From positions 32,001 through 96,000 of the forward strand of contig JASGHG010000001.1 in the NCBI GenBank assembly GCA_047602425.1: DNA of 64,000 nucleotides. The letters run 5' to 3'. The DNA comes from Nibricoccus sp. (lineage in GTDB: Bacteria > Verrucomicrobiota > Verrucomicrobiia > Opitutales > Opitutaceae). Positions within the stretch are counted from its first letter, which is position 1. Each line of letters begins with the position of its first letter. This document shows positions 8,973 through 20,218 of the stretch, piece after piece. Below the pieces are notes generated by a model that had not been told where the DNA came from, did no database searches, and was given only the letters and a program-made list of their open reading frames with translations. The translations under genes and the position numbers were made by a program.

Positions 8973-9965
8973 TCAACCTCTGATACCTGTGTTCCACAAG
9001 AAGTACCAGTTGGTGGCATATATGACCAGATTGCCGTCACCTTGCATGACCAACATGGCGTCTGGATGCCCTTGGGTGGCGGTATGCCAAAGCCATTGGT
9101 ATTCCGTGTGAGTGCCTTCGGTCGGCACCCATACCCACTCCCAATCGCCTATGTCTTCGTTATACTGATATTCCCAATTGCCGTTTTGCGCCTCCCAAGT
9201 GCGATAAACGCAGAGATTCCCGTCGCCTTGCAGGACGCACAGGTTGGCGCCTCTGTTTTCAGTATTCGAAGCCCAAAGGCCGCGCATATCCCCAGTACGA
9301 TAAAGCACAAAGTTTCCGTCGCCTTGGAAAATCGCTATATACCGTTCGTCCTCGGACAACAGGCAGTCGTTCGCGTGCAAGACTGTGTTGGCAAAAATCC
9401 TATCGCCGATCACATTGCCCCAGCTCCGTGGATCTTTCCGGCCGGTCTGCCACAGCACATTGCCGGAACCATCGCAGAGCACCAGATTGCTGTCATCCTG
9501 GATCACGAGCCTGGCATCTGAATGCCCCCACGTGCCCGTCTGCCAGACAACCTGATTTTCGACGTGGGTACCCGTGACGACCCAGACATAATCCCAATAG
9601 CCATATTCCCAGATATACTGATAGTCCCAATAGCCGTCTTCGACTTCAACATCCGCGCTAATCGCCAGATTACCACTGGACTGAAACGTGAGCGTTTGCC
9701 CCGTCCACCAGAAGGTCCCGGAAGACCAGAGCGTACGCGCAAAGGGAATGCGGTCGAACACCAATTCTCCGTTCCTCCATCCGACTTTGTAGTTTCCATT
9801 CGGCGACTGTATATAGTCGCCGTTGTCCAACCCCACTCCACCGGCGTACAGAGTGTTACCCAGATTCTGATCCGTGGCGTATGCGTTGCTCGTTACTAAC
9901 AGCGATGCACCGGCAAAAAGGCACAGTGCAAGCGACTCCCTCCATCTATTTGTGATAGTTGCCAT
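8973..9965 (-). CDS. Secreted tandem bulb-type (B/MMBL) lectin domain protein
   Basis: Signal peptide ending ..SNAYA; QxDxNxVxY motifs (QGDGNFVLY, QGDGNLCVY, QGDGNLVIY) plus degenerate QSSGNLAIS and QDDSNLVLC. Confidence 0.85.
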   Translation of the reverse strand: MATITNRWRESLALCLFAGASLLVTSNAYATDQNLGNTLYAGGVGLDNGDYIQSPNGNYKVGWRNGELVFDRIPFARTLWSSGTFWWTGQTLTFQSSGNLAISADVEVEDGYWDYQYIWEYGYWDYVWVVTGTHVENQVVWQTGTWGHSDARLVIQDDSNLVLCDGSGNVLWQTGRKDPRSWGNVIGDRIFANTVLHANDCLLSEDERYIAIFQGDGNFVLYRTGDMRGLWASNTENRGANLCVLQGDGNLCVYRTWEAQNGNWEYQYNEDIGDWEWVWVPTEGTHTEYQWLWHTATQGHPDAMLVMQGDGNLVIYATNWYFLWNTGIRG

Positions 9966-10120
9966 AGCTCTGGCAGTCGATTGAACACGCCGCATTTTCT
10001 CAATTTGTTTCTCTACCCTGTTTCGGGTAGCTCGCCGAAACTCAGTTCATCGGAAAAAACGCCTCGCTCGGAGACGTCGCGACAGATCACAAGCGGAACT
10101 GCGTCGCTCGCCGATTGGGT

Positions 10121-11239
10121 TTATTTTCGCTTTAGCACCCGGATCCGATGGGCTTCGCTGTCGCCGATGTAGACCGAACCATCGGTATCTGCAAAAATGC
10201 CGTGCAATCGATTGAATGCACATGCGAGAGGGTTGCCGTCGGAGCCGTCGCCTTTGACACCGGCGCCCGCAATCAATTCCAATTTGCCGGTTCGGGTGTC
10301 GATCATACGCACACTGTGACTTTCCGTATCGGCCAGCCAAACGTTGCCATCGCGATCGAGGGCAAGCCCTTTGGGACCGCTGAGGGTCGCTTCACGCGCC
10401 GGACCGCCGTTGCCGGTGAAACCTTTTTGTCCATTGCCCGCCACGAGCCAGATTTTTCCGGTCTTCAAATCGAAGCGGAAGACTTGGTTCCCTTCGCGCG
10501 TCGCCAGCCAAAGATCTCCCGCGTGATCGAAATCCAGCGTACGCGGATTGTTCAACGGCGTTCCCGCAATCGGCGAGCCATCCGGAGTCGCTCCCGGTTT
10601 TCCAGTTCCGGCAAAGGTCGTAATGATTCCCGTGCGCGCATCGATTCGCCGAACCACATGATTAGCTACATCGCAAACAAAGAGATCGCCGCTCGGATTG
10701 AATTGCAGGCTGTGCGGACCGTTGAACAACGCGTCCGTCGCCGCACCGCCGTCGCCAGCATATCCGCGTTTCCCTCCCTGCCCTGCCACCGTCGTAATTA
10801 TGCCTGTTTTCAAATCGATGCGGCGGATGACTTGGTTAGCGGTATCGGCGATGAAAAGATTCCCAGCGGCATCGAATCGCAATTCATGCGGCAGATTGAG
10901 CATCGCCTCCCGCGCCGAGCCTCCATCACCGGAAAAACCAGCCTGGCCTGTTCCCGCGATGGTGCTGATCGTGCCGTCGCGAGCGATTCGCCGAATGCGA
11001 TGCCCGGCATGTTCACAAAACCACAGCGCACCGTCGGGTCCGCGCACCAAGCCGTAGGGATCGTTGATCTTCGCCTCTTTCGCCGAACCTCCATCGCCGC
11101 TGAAACCAGCCATGCCTGTGCCGGCCACGCTCTCAATCGTCCAATCGCCCGCTCGGAGCGACAAAAACGAACCAATAAATACAACACACAACGCCAGCCA
11201 TCCGTATGGCGACCGGTTGAAAGGGACTTTTTTGGGCAT
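10121..11239 (-). CDS. Secreted NHL-repeat beta-propeller protein
   Basis: Six repeats of the I.T.AG.G..G..GDGG.A..A....P..L..D..G.L..AD type; N-terminal hydrophobic segment. Confidence 0.88.
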   Translation of the reverse strand: MPKKVPFNRSPYGWLALCVVFIGSFLSLRAGDWTIESVAGTGMAGFSGDGGSAKEAKINDPYGLVRGPDGALWFCEHAGHRIRRIARDGTISTIAGTGQAGFSGDGGSAREAMLNLPHELRFDAAGNLFIADTANQVIRRIDLKTGIITTVAGQGGKRGYAGDGGAATDALFNGPHSLQFNPSGDLFVCDVANHVVRRIDARTGIITTFAGTGKPGATPDGSPIAGTPLNNPRTLDFDHAGDLWLATREGNQVFRFDLKTGKIWLVAGNGQKGFTGNGGPAREATLSGPKGLALDRDGNVWLADTESHSVRMIDTRTGKLELIAGAGVKGDGSDGNPLACAFNRLHGIFADTDGSVYIGDSEAHRIRVLKRK

Positions 11240-11274
11240 CGGTAGAAATATTCATGCCCCGTCGAATTTCAACT

Positions 11275-13512
11275 TTACGTCAGATTCGTTGGATCGACGT
11301 CGATCACCTGAATCACGTCGTCAGGCCAGGTGAAGTCGGCGCGAAGCTTCGTTAGTTCGGCCACCACTTTTGTCACGGTTGCGGTGAAATACCAGAGCTG
11401 CCAGCGGTATTCGTCTTTGATCTTTTCGATGGGCGACGGCGATGGGCCGCGAAGCTCGACTTTGTCGCCGAGCGCGGTCTCGACACGTTTGGCCCATTGT
11501 TCGGCGTAGAACTTCAACTTCTCAGGATTCGGGCCGCGGAAGATGTGGTGAATCAAATGGCGGTAAGGAGGGTACTTGAAATCGTGCCGCATCTTCAGCT
11601 CGGCTTCGGCGAAACCGACGAAATCGGCGTGGCGCGAAAATTGGATCGCCTCGGCTTGAGGCGTGAAAGTTTGCACGACGACTTCCCCTGCCCGGTCGCC
11701 GCGGCCCGAACGGCCCGCCACCTGCACAAGGAGTTGGAAGGTTCGTTCGTTGGCGCGGAAATCCGGAATATGCATCGAGATGTCGGCATCAACCAGGCCG
11801 ACGAGCGTGACGTTCGGGAAATCGAGACCTTTGCCGATCATCTGTGTACCGACAAGGACGTCGATCTTGCCGGCGCGGAAATGTCCGAGGACTTCACGAA
11901 AGCGGTTTTTCTTGGACATGGTGTCGGTGTCCATGCGTTCGATCGTGGCACGCGGGAGGACGCGGCGGACGGCTTCTTCGACACGTTGCGTGCCGAGACC
12001 ACGCCAGCGGATTTTCGGCGAGCGACATTTCGGACAGACCATCGGCGCGTTGCGCTCGGCGCCACACAGATGGCAGCGGAGTTTTTCGTCGGTCCGATGG
12101 TAAGTCATCGAGATGCTGCAATGCTCGCACTCCTCCACGTGGCCGCATTCGGTGCACATCATCGAGGACGAATAGCCGCGACGATTAATGAAAAGGATCG
12201 TCTGTTCCTTGCGCTCGAAACGCGCCTGCATGGCGTCGACGAGTTTTCGCGACAACGTGGTCAGGCCGCGCGAGCGCATGATCTCGATGCGCATGTCGAC
12301 AATGTTGATCGCCGGCAGCGCACGGGAGTCGACGCGTTGCGTGAGTTGCAGCAACCGGTATTTGCCAGAGCGAGCGTTGGAGTAGGTTTCGAGCGACGGC
12401 GTGGCGGAGCCGAGCAGGCAGAGCGCACCGGCGAGCTTCGCGCGCATGACGGCAACATCGCGGCCGTGGTAGCGCGGCGTTTCGTCCTGCTTGTAGGCGG
12501 GCTCGTGCTCTTCGTCGACGACGATGAGGCGCAAGTCGCGCACCGGGGCGAAAATGGCCGAACGAGCTCCCACCACCACGCGGGCTTCGCCGGTGGCGAG
12601 CGCGAGCCAGCCGTCAAAACGCTCGCCTTCGCTGAGATGACTGTGCCAGACGACAGTTTTGTGATTGGGCGCGATGGCTTCGAGACGTCCACGGAGGCGC
12701 GCGACAGTTTGCGGCGTGAGCGCGACCTCGGGCACGAGAAAAATCACGCCGCCTCCGGCCGCGAGCGCGTCGTGAATCGCGCGGAGATAAACCTCGGTCT
12801 TGCCGGAACCGGTGACGCCATGGAGGAGCGTGACGCCAAACTTGTTTTCGGCAAGGCTCGCGGTCAGGGCGTTGCCGGCGGCGAGTTGTTCGGCGTTCAA
12901 CTGCGGAGGATGGGCGGCAACAATTTCGCCGGTAGCCCAGTCATCGGCGTAAGCCACGCGTTCGACGCGTTGCGTGATCTCGCGAATGGCGCCGCGTTTC
13001 ACAAGTGCGTTGACGACGGCGGCGGTGGCACCGAGGCGGTCGAGCACGAGGGATTTTTTCTGCGGTTTGAACTGCTGCGCGAGAAATTGGTACAGCTTCG
13101 CCTGTTGAGGGGCGCGTTTGGCGATTTTTTCGAGTTCGTCAGGCGAAAGTTTATTGGCGATGGCGAGAAGTTTTTCCTCCTTGATGCCGGCGCCGTGGCG
13201 GACGGGCGCTGGCAACATCGTTTCGATCACGGCGTCGAGCGGGCATGCGTAGTAGGCGGACATCCAGCGGGCGAGTTCGAGCAGGTCGCCCGTGAGCGCC
13301 GGGAACGAGTAGATGAGTTGCGCGACGAGTTTGAGTTTTTCGACAGGGAAATCCTTCGGCGCGCCGATCTCGCCGACGAGGCCGAGGTGCATGCGATTGA
13401 CGATCGGTACGCGCACGAGCGATCCGACCTGCATGTCCGCCCGCATGTGCTCCGGCACGCGGTAGTGCAGGAGTTTATCGAAGCCCGCGAGCGGATGGAC
13501 GCCGACGATCAT
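11275..13512 (-). CDS. priA: Replication restart helicase PriA
   Basis: LHGVTGSGKTEVY, VPEVALTPQ, DEEHE, four CxxC pairs and GTQMIGKGLDFPNVTLVG. Confidence 0.97.
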   Translation of the reverse strand: MIVGVHPLAGFDKLLHYRVPEHMRADMQVGSLVRVPIVNRMHLGLVGEIGAPKDFPVEKLKLVAQLIYSFPALTGDLLELARWMSAYYACPLDAVIETMLPAPVRHGAGIKEEKLLAIANKLSPDELEKIAKRAPQQAKLYQFLAQQFKPQKKSLVLDRLGATAAVVNALVKRGAIREITQRVERVAYADDWATGEIVAAHPPQLNAEQLAAGNALTASLAENKFGVTLLHGVTGSGKTEVYLRAIHDALAAGGGVIFLVPEVALTPQTVARLRGRLEAIAPNHKTVVWHSHLSEGERFDGWLALATGEARVVVGARSAIFAPVRDLRLIVVDEEHEPAYKQDETPRYHGRDVAVMRAKLAGALCLLGSATPSLETYSNARSGKYRLLQLTQRVDSRALPAINIVDMRIEIMRSRGLTTLSRKLVDAMQARFERKEQTILFINRRGYSSSMMCTECGHVEECEHCSISMTYHRTDEKLRCHLCGAERNAPMVCPKCRSPKIRWRGLGTQRVEEAVRRVLPRATIERMDTDTMSKKNRFREVLGHFRAGKIDVLVGTQMIGKGLDFPNVTLVGLVDADISMHIPDFRANERTFQLLVQVAGRSGRGDRAGEVVVQTFTPQAEAIQFSRHADFVGFAEAELKMRHDFKYPPYRHLIHHIFRGPNPEKLKFYAEQWAKRVETALGDKVELRGPSPSPIEKIKDEYRWQLWYFTATVTKVVAELTKLRADFTWPDDVIQVIDVDPTNLT

Positions 13513-13539
13513 GCGAAAGTATCGTTTGGTTCGTGCAGG

Positions 13540-14823
13540 TCAGCGTTTCGCCAGTTCGGCGCGGACGATTTCCAAGGTGCGAGCGACGGCGCCTTGATTG
13601 GCGCGGTGCCAGGCGAGCGCGGCGGCGGACATGGCTTCACGTTTGGCGGCATCGCGAAAAATTTCCTGTGCGGCTTCCGCGAGTTCGGTGTCGTTGGTGA
13701 CGACCTTGGCGGCGCCGCCACTTTTGAGTTCGCTGGCAATCGCGACGAAATTCGTCATGCCCGGACCGAAGAGCAGTGGTTTCCCCAACGCAGCAGCCTC
13801 AACCGGCGTCTGGCCTTGTTCGTGAGGCGGCAGGCTTTTGCCGACAAAAACCACGTCGGCCAGCTGCGTGAGTTTGCGCAGTTCGCCCGTGGTGTCGGCG
13901 ACGCAGATTTCGACGGGCGACGGCGAGGCTCCGCGCGAACGAAAATGATAACGGCACCCGCTGGCACGCACGTCGGTTTCGACTTCGGCGCGACGCTCCG
14001 CATGGCGGGGAACAATCAACAACCGACAATCCAGCCCGCCCTCGCGCAACATCTTCCACGCCTGCACGAGCGCGCGTTCCTCGCCCGGCCACGTAGAGGA
14101 GCCGAGCAGGATTGGTTCGTTGGCAAAACCGAGTTCCGCGCGAAGCTTCGTCTTGTCGGCGTCGCTGAGCGGCGGAATGGTTAGGTCGAGTTTGATGTTG
14201 CCCGTGGTGGAAATACGCTCGGCCGGAAAACCCAACTCGCGAAAGCGCGCGGCATCGTGCTCCGAACAGGGCAAAACGCGCGTGATGCCGTCCAGCATCG
14301 CCCTCGCAGCGCCGGGCCATTTTTTCATGCGGCCGTAGCTCACGTCGGAAAGCCGGGCATTGATGCACAGCACCGGGACACCGCGCGCCCGAGCTTGTTG
14401 GATATGTTCGGGCCAGCGTTCGCCCTCGGTAATAATAACCAAGTCGGGCAAAACCTTGCGCCACGAGCGCGCCGAAAAGAGCCACCAGTCGATTGGAAAG
14501 TACCCGATGCCAATCGTCGCCTCACGATACCGTTCCTCGGCGAGTTTGAAACCCGTGCTTGTCGTGGTCGTGAGATAGACTTCCACGGTGGGATCTTTTT
14601 TCAACGCCTCCAGAATCGGCGCGATCGCGAGCATTTCGCCGACGCTGACTGCCTGCAGCCAGATGCGCCGCACGCCGGACTTTTTTGCGCTTAACGGTTG
14701 GACAGCACCAAACCGCTGCGTAAAGTGCCGGCCATAACCGCCACGCCGCTTCATCCGAAGCAGATAGTAGGGAGAGGCGAACACCAGCGCAGGTAAAAAC
14801 AAAATTCGGTAAAGCCAGATCAT
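13540..14823 (-). CDS. waaA: 3-deoxy-D-manno-octulosonic acid (Kdo) transferase
   Basis: IWLQAVSVGE, TTTTSTG, INARLS, GNIKLD, IVPRH.ER, DTTGEL and VEAAALGKP motifs. Confidence 0.95.
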   Translation of the reverse strand: MIWLYRILFLPALVFASPYYLLRMKRRGGYGRHFTQRFGAVQPLSAKKSGVRRIWLQAVSVGEMLAIAPILEALKKDPTVEVYLTTTTSTGFKLAEERYREATIGIGYFPIDWWLFSARSWRKVLPDLVIITEGERWPEHIQQARARGVPVLCINARLSDVSYGRMKKWPGAARAMLDGITRVLPCSEHDAARFRELGFPAERISTTGNIKLDLTIPPLSDADKTKLRAELGFANEPILLGSSTWPGEERALVQAWKMLREGGLDCRLLIVPRHAERRAEVETDVRASGCRYHFRSRGASPSPVEICVADTTGELRKLTQLADVVFVGKSLPPHEQGQTPVEAAALGKPLLFGPGMTNFVAIASELKSGGAAKVVTNDTELAEAAQEIFRDAAKREAMSAAALAWHRANQGAVARTLEIVRAELAKR

Positions 14824-14935
14824 GAAACATCACTATTCGCCGCGAGTCACAGCTTGGGCGCAAGCGCATGTTGCATTTGCCAACACATTTAACTTTTTGC
14901 CTTCCCGCCAAATTTTTGCCGCCATCCTCTCCTCC

Positions 14936-17809
14936 ATGCCCCTTATGCACCCACGCAAACTGCTCGCTATTCTCGCGCTAGCCATCGCCCTGCCCTGCTT
15001 TGTTCTCGCCGCACTTCCCGACAAACCTCGTTTCGGTCAGGAGGTCAGCGACCTCAAGCCCGAAGCCGGTGTGCGTTTCGGCAAACTTTCCAATGGCCTT
15101 CACTATGTTGTCATGGCCAACAAGGAGCCGAAAGAACGCGCCTCGCTTCGTCTGCTCATCATGTCCGGCGCGCTCCACGAAACCGACGACCAGCGCGGGC
15201 TCGCACATTTCCTCGAGCACATGGCTTTCAACGGCAGTAAAAACTATCCGCCCGGCACGCTCATCGAATATTTCCAACGCATGGGCATGAGCTTCGGCGG
15301 CGACACCAACGCCTACACGTCGTTCGATCACACGGCCTACATGCTGGAGTTGCCCGACACAAAGCCTGCCACGCTCGATGAGGGCTTCCGCGTTTTCCAC
15401 GACTACGCCGACGGCTTGCTGCTCAACGTCGCCGAACTCGACAAGGAACGCGGCATCATCCTCAGCGAAAAACGCGCGCGCGATTCCATCGAATATCGCC
15501 AGTTTGTCGCCGAATTCGATTTCGTACTCGCCGGCACCTTGCCGCCCAAACGCATGCCCATCGGCGTCGAAGCCGTGATCGAAAAAGCCCCGCGTGACCG
15601 CTTCGCCGATTTCTATGACACGTGGTATCGCCCTGAACGCATGGCCATTGTCGCCGTCGGCGATTTCGATGCCGCCATTGTCGAAAAACAAATCACCACC
15701 GCCTTCGCTTCGCTCAAACCCCGTGCCGCCAGCCGCCCGTCACCCGACATGGGTAGGATCGCCGATTTCCAGGGCGTTCGCGCCATTTATCATGCCGAAC
15801 CCGAGGCTTCAAAAACCAACATCTCCATCCAAACCGTCATACCTTTCGTGGACCAACCCGATACGTCCGCGAAGCGCCTGAGCGAACTCCCGCGCGACCT
15901 CGCCCTCGCCATGCTTAACCGCCGGCTCTCGCAACTCGCGTTGAAGGAAGGCGCGCCGTTCACCGCCGCCAGGGCGGACATTACGGAAAGCTTCGACTTT
16001 CTCCGCAACGCCTCGGTCGATTTCACCTGCAAACCCGAGCTCTGGCGTGAAACGCTCGCCGTCGCCGAACAGGAACTCCGCCGTGCCCTGCAATTCGGTT
16101 TTCAACCCGCCGAACTCGTCGAAGCTATCGCCAATTTCCGCAACCATCTCGATCAGGCCGCGAAGACCGCGTCGACCCGCCACTCGCCTGAACTCGCCGG
16201 TGACCTCGTGGACGCGCTCGTCTCCGGTCACGTCTTCACCTCGCCTGCCGACGATCTCAGCCTTTTCAGCCCCGCACTCGACAAGGTCACGGTGGAACAA
16301 TGCACCGCCGCCCTCCGCGAAGGTTTTTCCGCGCCCGGCCGTTTCGTCAGCGTGATCGGCAACGCCAAGCTCGAAGGCGACGCCGTCGCCTCCATCAAGG
16401 AGACCTACGCCAAATCAGCCGCCACCACCATTGAGGCGCCCGAAAAAGTCGCAGATGCGAAATTCGCCTACACCGATTTTGGTACACCCGGCGTAGTTAA
16501 GGAAAAACGCCACGTCGACGACCTCGATCTCACGCTTGTCACTTTTGCCAATGGAGTTCGCCTCAACCTCAAGAAAACCGATTTCGAGTCAAACCAGATC
16601 CATGTCAGCATTCGCGTCGGCACCGGCCGCCTCACCGAGCCCAAGGACCAACCTGGTCTCGCCACGTTTACCAACACCGTGTTCACCCTCGGCGCGCTCG
16701 GAAAGCACAACATCGACGATCTTCAGCGCATCCTCGCCGGGAAAAATGTCACGCCGGGTTTCCGCGTCGGTTCCGACGCCTTTGTCCTCGGCACTTTCTC
16801 CTTTGGCAATCAACCCCGCCCTGTGCCCACCAACCGCGAAGACCTGCTGCTCGAACTCCAATTGCTCGCGGCCTACCTCACCGATCCCGGGTACCGGCCC
16901 GAAGCGCTCCGTGTCGCCAAAAAGAATTTCGAACAAGCCTACCTCCGTCTCGACCGCACGCCCGATGGCGTGCTCCGCCGCGACATTCCGCCGCTTCTCG
17001 CCTCCGGCGACACCCGTCCCGGCTCCGGCCTGCCGACGAAAGAACAGCTCTTCGCCCGCACACCCGAGGAAGCCCGCGCCTGGCTCACGCCGCAGTTTGC
17101 CCGCGGCCCGATCGAAATCGCCCTCGTCGGCGACCTCGACATCGACGCCTCCATCGACGCCGTGGCCAAAACTTTCGGCGCGCTCCCCGCTCGCGAGACC
17201 AAACCTACCCTCGACGCCGAACGTCGTGTCACCGTTCCCACGCCGCTAACCCGCGACTTTACCGTACCAACCGAAATCCCCAAGGGCATCGTCGCTCTCT
17301 ACTGGCCGACAACCGACACCCGCGACGTCCGCATCGCTCGCCGTCTCCACCTGCTCTCCGAGGTGTTCAGCGACCGTTTGCGCATCAAAGTTCGCGAGGA
17401 ACTCGGTGAATCGTATTCGCCCCGCGCCGTCAGCGACCCGAGCGACACCTTCCACGACTACGGCATGCTTTATACGACGATCACCGTCGATCCCGCGAAG
17501 TCCGCCCGCATCGCTGAAATCACGCTCGGCATCGCCGATGAGCTCGCAAAAAATGGCGTGACCGCCGACGAACTCGAGCGCGCGAAAAAGCCCGTGCTCA
17601 CGTCGCTGCGCGAATCCGCCCGCACGAATCACTATTGGATCAACAACGTCCTCGCCTCCGCACAGGAACAGCCGCAACGCCTCGACTGGTGCCGTAGCCG
17701 TTACGCGGACACTGAGGCGGTGGCCCCTGCCGAACTCAACGAACTCGCCAAAAAATATCTCCCGGCCGCCCGCGCGTTCCGCTTCACCATCGTGCCGGAG
17801 AAAAAGTAA
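14936..17809 (+). CDS. M16 family zinc protease (PqqL-like), secreted
   Basis: Inverted zinc motif HFLEH, NAYTSFD.T.Y and a second half starting FANGVRLNLKKTDF; signal peptide. Start is 14936 or 14945, not 14822. Confidence 0.93.
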   Translation: MPLMHPRKLLAILALAIALPCFVLAALPDKPRFGQEVSDLKPEAGVRFGKLSNGLHYVVMANKEPKERASLRLLIMSGALHETDDQRGLAHFLEHMAFNGSKNYPPGTLIEYFQRMGMSFGGDTNAYTSFDHTAYMLELPDTKPATLDEGFRVFHDYADGLLLNVAELDKERGIILSEKRARDSIEYRQFVAEFDFVLAGTLPPKRMPIGVEAVIEKAPRDRFADFYDTWYRPERMAIVAVGDFDAAIVEKQITTAFASLKPRAASRPSPDMGRIADFQGVRAIYHAEPEASKTNISIQTVIPFVDQPDTSAKRLSELPRDLALAMLNRRLSQLALKEGAPFTAARADITESFDFLRNASVDFTCKPELWRETLAVAEQELRRALQFGFQPAELVEAIANFRNHLDQAAKTASTRHSPELAGDLVDALVSGHVFTSPADDLSLFSPALDKVTVEQCTAALREGFSAPGRFVSVIGNAKLEGDAVASIKETYAKSAATTIEAPEKVADAKFAYTDFGTPGVVKEKRHVDDLDLTLVTFANGVRLNLKKTDFESNQIHVSIRVGTGRLTEPKDQPGLATFTNTVFTLGALGKHNIDDLQRILAGKNVTPGFRVGSDAFVLGTFSFGNQPRPVPTNREDLLLELQLLAAYLTDPGYRPEALRVAKKNFEQAYLRLDRTPDGVLRRDIPPLLASGDTRPGSGLPTKEQLFARTPEEARAWLTPQFARGPIEIALVGDLDIDASIDAVAKTFGALPARETKPTLDAERRVTVPTPLTRDFTVPTEIPKGIVALYWPTTDTRDVRIARRLHLLSEVFSDRLRIKVREELGESYSPRAVSDPSDTFHDYGMLYTTITVDPAKSARIAEITLGIADELAKNGVTADELERAKKPVLTSLRESARTNHYWINNVLASAQEQPQRLDWCRSRYADTEAVAPAELNELAKKYLPAARAFRFTIVPEKK

Positions 17810-17929
17810 AACCCTCCGCGGGTGTAGTGCATTGGTTCCAATGCGCTGGTTCGGATTCGCCGCCGCCAAGCGCGTTGAGGTCAACGCGCTTCATCCGCAA
17901 GGCACGACGCTGTAGGATCATTACCATTC

Positions 17930-18499
17930 ATGGACAACGCTCTCGACTGGCTCGGCCGAATCTTCACCGACACGCCCTACGTTTATCTTTCGTGGCCCGC
18001 CGTCGGCATGACCCTCGGCTGGCTCCTGGCGCTTTGCTCCAACAAAGCCGCGCAATCCCTCGCTGTCGTTCCACGCACCGCCGGCGGCCTCGTCGGCCTG
18101 CTCACCGCGCCGTTCATTCACGCCAATTTCGCACACCTCGCGGCGAACCTGCCGCCTTTTCTCGTGCTCGGCACATTGGTGCTCTGGCGCGGCGAAGCGC
18201 GTTTCATCGAGGTCAGTCTCATCATCGCCGCGCTGCAAGGCGTGCTGCTCTGGCTGCTCGGACGCAAAGCTGCGCACGTCGGCATGAGCGGCGTGATCTT
18301 CGGCTTTCTCGGCTATCTGCTCATGCTCGCGTGGTTCACCCGTGCGACGCCCGATTTGCTCGCCGCTGCGGGCGTCTTGATTTTCTACGGCGGCATGCTC
18401 GCCGGCGTGGCGCCAGCCCGTGGCTCAACCTCTTGGGAAGGCCACCTCTTTGGACTCTTCGCCGGTCTCGGCACCGCGTGGTTGGTCAACGGCATTTAA
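17930..18499 (+). CDS. Rhomboid family intramembrane serine protease
   Basis: PFIHANFAHLAAN, catalytic GMSG and SWEGHLFG; multiple TM segments. Confidence 0.9.
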   Translation: MDNALDWLGRIFTDTPYVYLSWPAVGMTLGWLLALCSNKAAQSLAVVPRTAGGLVGLLTAPFIHANFAHLAANLPPFLVLGTLVLWRGEARFIEVSLIIAALQGVLLWLLGRKAAHVGMSGVIFGFLGYLLMLAWFTRATPDLLAAAGVLIFYGGMLAGVAPARGSTSWEGHLFGLFAGLGTAWLVNGI

Positions 18500-18691
18500 C
18501 CGAATCGTCAGCAACGTTCTCCCAACTGCGCTCCATCGAGCAGGAATCGTGCATCGTGTAAGGTCGTTTCGAATACACGCAGCCTGCGCCTGTGTTACAA
18601 TCACGCGCGTAGTTTAAGGAGGTTCGCAACCGTGCCGTAATAAGCTTCGGCCAACCGCATTCACTTGGATGCCGAGGTTTCAATTGCACGA

Positions 18692-20218
18692 ATGAAAAAT
18701 TGGACAATCGCAAAACGCATCACCGCGGGTGGTGCCACCTTACTTATTCTCCTGCTCGTGGTGAGCATCATCGCGGTCACTACACTTTCTCGCTTACAGA
18801 CGTTTGCCGGCGAGAAATTGCGCGACGACGCGATTCCGGGAATTGTTCACTCTGCGGAAATCACCGCGCAATCGCTGCGCGGCTACATTCGCCTGTTGAT
18901 GGCTCAAGACGCCAGTGGCGCCGAAGATCTCAAACAGGATGTAGCGCGCTCCGACGGCAACGTTGCCAAAACCGACGAAGCCATGGACCGCTATCAAAAA
19001 GCCATTGCGGCAGAGGACGACCGCCAAAATTTTGCGGAGCTCAAGACAAGGAGAGACGCCTTCTACGCGGTGCGTGCCCAATTCATCGCTTTGCTCAAAG
19101 AAGGAAATGTGCCCGCCGCCAAAGCTTTCAACCACGCCAAGCTTGAGCCGGCCTACCTCGCCTTCCGCGAACAGATTGAAAAAGTCCAACAATGGAACGA
19201 GGCCGCGGCGGTGAGCGTAGCCAATCAAATGGTCGCGACCTGTCGGAGTGCCGAGGTCATCACTTCCGTCGTCGCGGGCGTAAGTATTCTGGTCGCATTT
19301 TTAGTCGGCTGGATGATCATCCGGAGCACGAATCACGCGCTGCAAACCATGGCAACCGTTCTCGACGACGCGTCCACGCAAGTCGCCGCCGCCGCCCAGC
19401 AAGTTTCCAGCAGCAGTCACGCGCTCGCCGAAGGCTCCAGCGAACAGGCGGCCAGTCTCGAGGAATCCAGTTCTTCGCTCGAAGAGCTCGCCTCCATGAC
19501 GCAGCGCAACGCCGACAGCGCACAGGCCGCGAAAAATATTTCCGGAGAAACGCGCACCGCGGCCGATGCCGGCAACTCCGACATGCACGAAATGCGAAAA
19601 GCCATGGACGCGATTCAAAACTCGTCCCACGACATCGCCCAAATCATCAAGACGATCGACGAAATCGCTTTTCAGACGAACATCCTCGCCCTCAACGCCG
19701 CCGTCGAAGCTGCGCGCGCCGGTGAATCGGGCGCAGGTTTCGCCGTCGTGGCCGACGAAGTTCGTGCCCTCGCCCAGCGCTCCGCCAATTCCGCAAAGGA
19801 AAGCGCCAACCGGATTGAAGTCGCCATGCAGAACAGTCAGCAAGGTGTGCAGATTTCCGAAAAGGTCGCACAATCCCTCGGGGTGATCGTGGAGAAGGCG
19901 GGCAAAGTCGACGGACTCGTCGCCGAGATCGCCACCGCATCCAATGAACAGAGCCAAGGCATCGGACAAATCAGCAGCGCCGTGAGCCAGATGGACACGG
20001 TCACTCAGTCCAATGCCGCCAATGCCGAGGAAACTGCCTCCGCCGCCGAAGAACTCTCGAAGCAGTCGCAGACGTTGAAAGATGCCGTCAGTGACCTCCG
20101 CCGCCTGGTCGGCGGCCGTCGTGGAGAAGTGAATACAATCGCCTCCTCCTCGGACGCTCCTCCGACAGTGCGCACCATTCCGCACCAGTCCGCGGTTTTG
20201 CGCAACAGCGTAGGTTAG
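18692..20218 (+). CDS. Methyl-accepting chemotaxis protein (4HB sensor, short signalling domain)
   Basis: Two TM helices flanking a periplasmic domain; [35 protein letters not shown] signature. Confidence 0.95.
   Translation: MKNWTIAKRITAGGATLLILLLVVSIIAVTTLSRLQTFAGEKLRDDAIPGIVHSAEITAQSLRGYIRLLMAQDASGAEDLKQDVARSDGNVAKTDEAMDRYQKAIAAEDDRQNFAELKTRRDAFYAVRAQFIALLKEGNVPAAKAFNHAKLEPAYLAFREQIEKVQQWNEAAAVSVANQMVATCRSAEVITSVVAGVSILVAFLVGWMIIRSTNHALQTMATVLDDASTQVAAAAQQVSSSSHALAEGSSEQAASLEESSSSLEELASMTQRNADSAQAAKNISGETRTAADAGNSDMHEMRKAMDAIQNSSHDIAQIIKTIDEIAFQTNILALNAAVEAARAGESGAGFAVVADEVRALAQRSANSAKESANRIEVAMQNSQQGVQISEKVAQSLGVIVEKAGKVDGLVAEIATASNEQSQGIGQISSAVSQMDTVTQSNAANAEETASAAEELSKQSQTLKDAVSDLRRLVGGRRGEVNTIASSSDAPPTVRTIPHQSAVLRNSVG

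Noticed and set aside
11497..14184. 895-aa plus-strand ORF
   Set aside because: Antisense shadow of priA and waaA; no motifs; typical of high-GC codon bias.
18500..18691. Riboswitch upstream of the chemoreceptor gene
   Set aside because: No c-di-GMP or other riboswitch consensus could be matched by eye.
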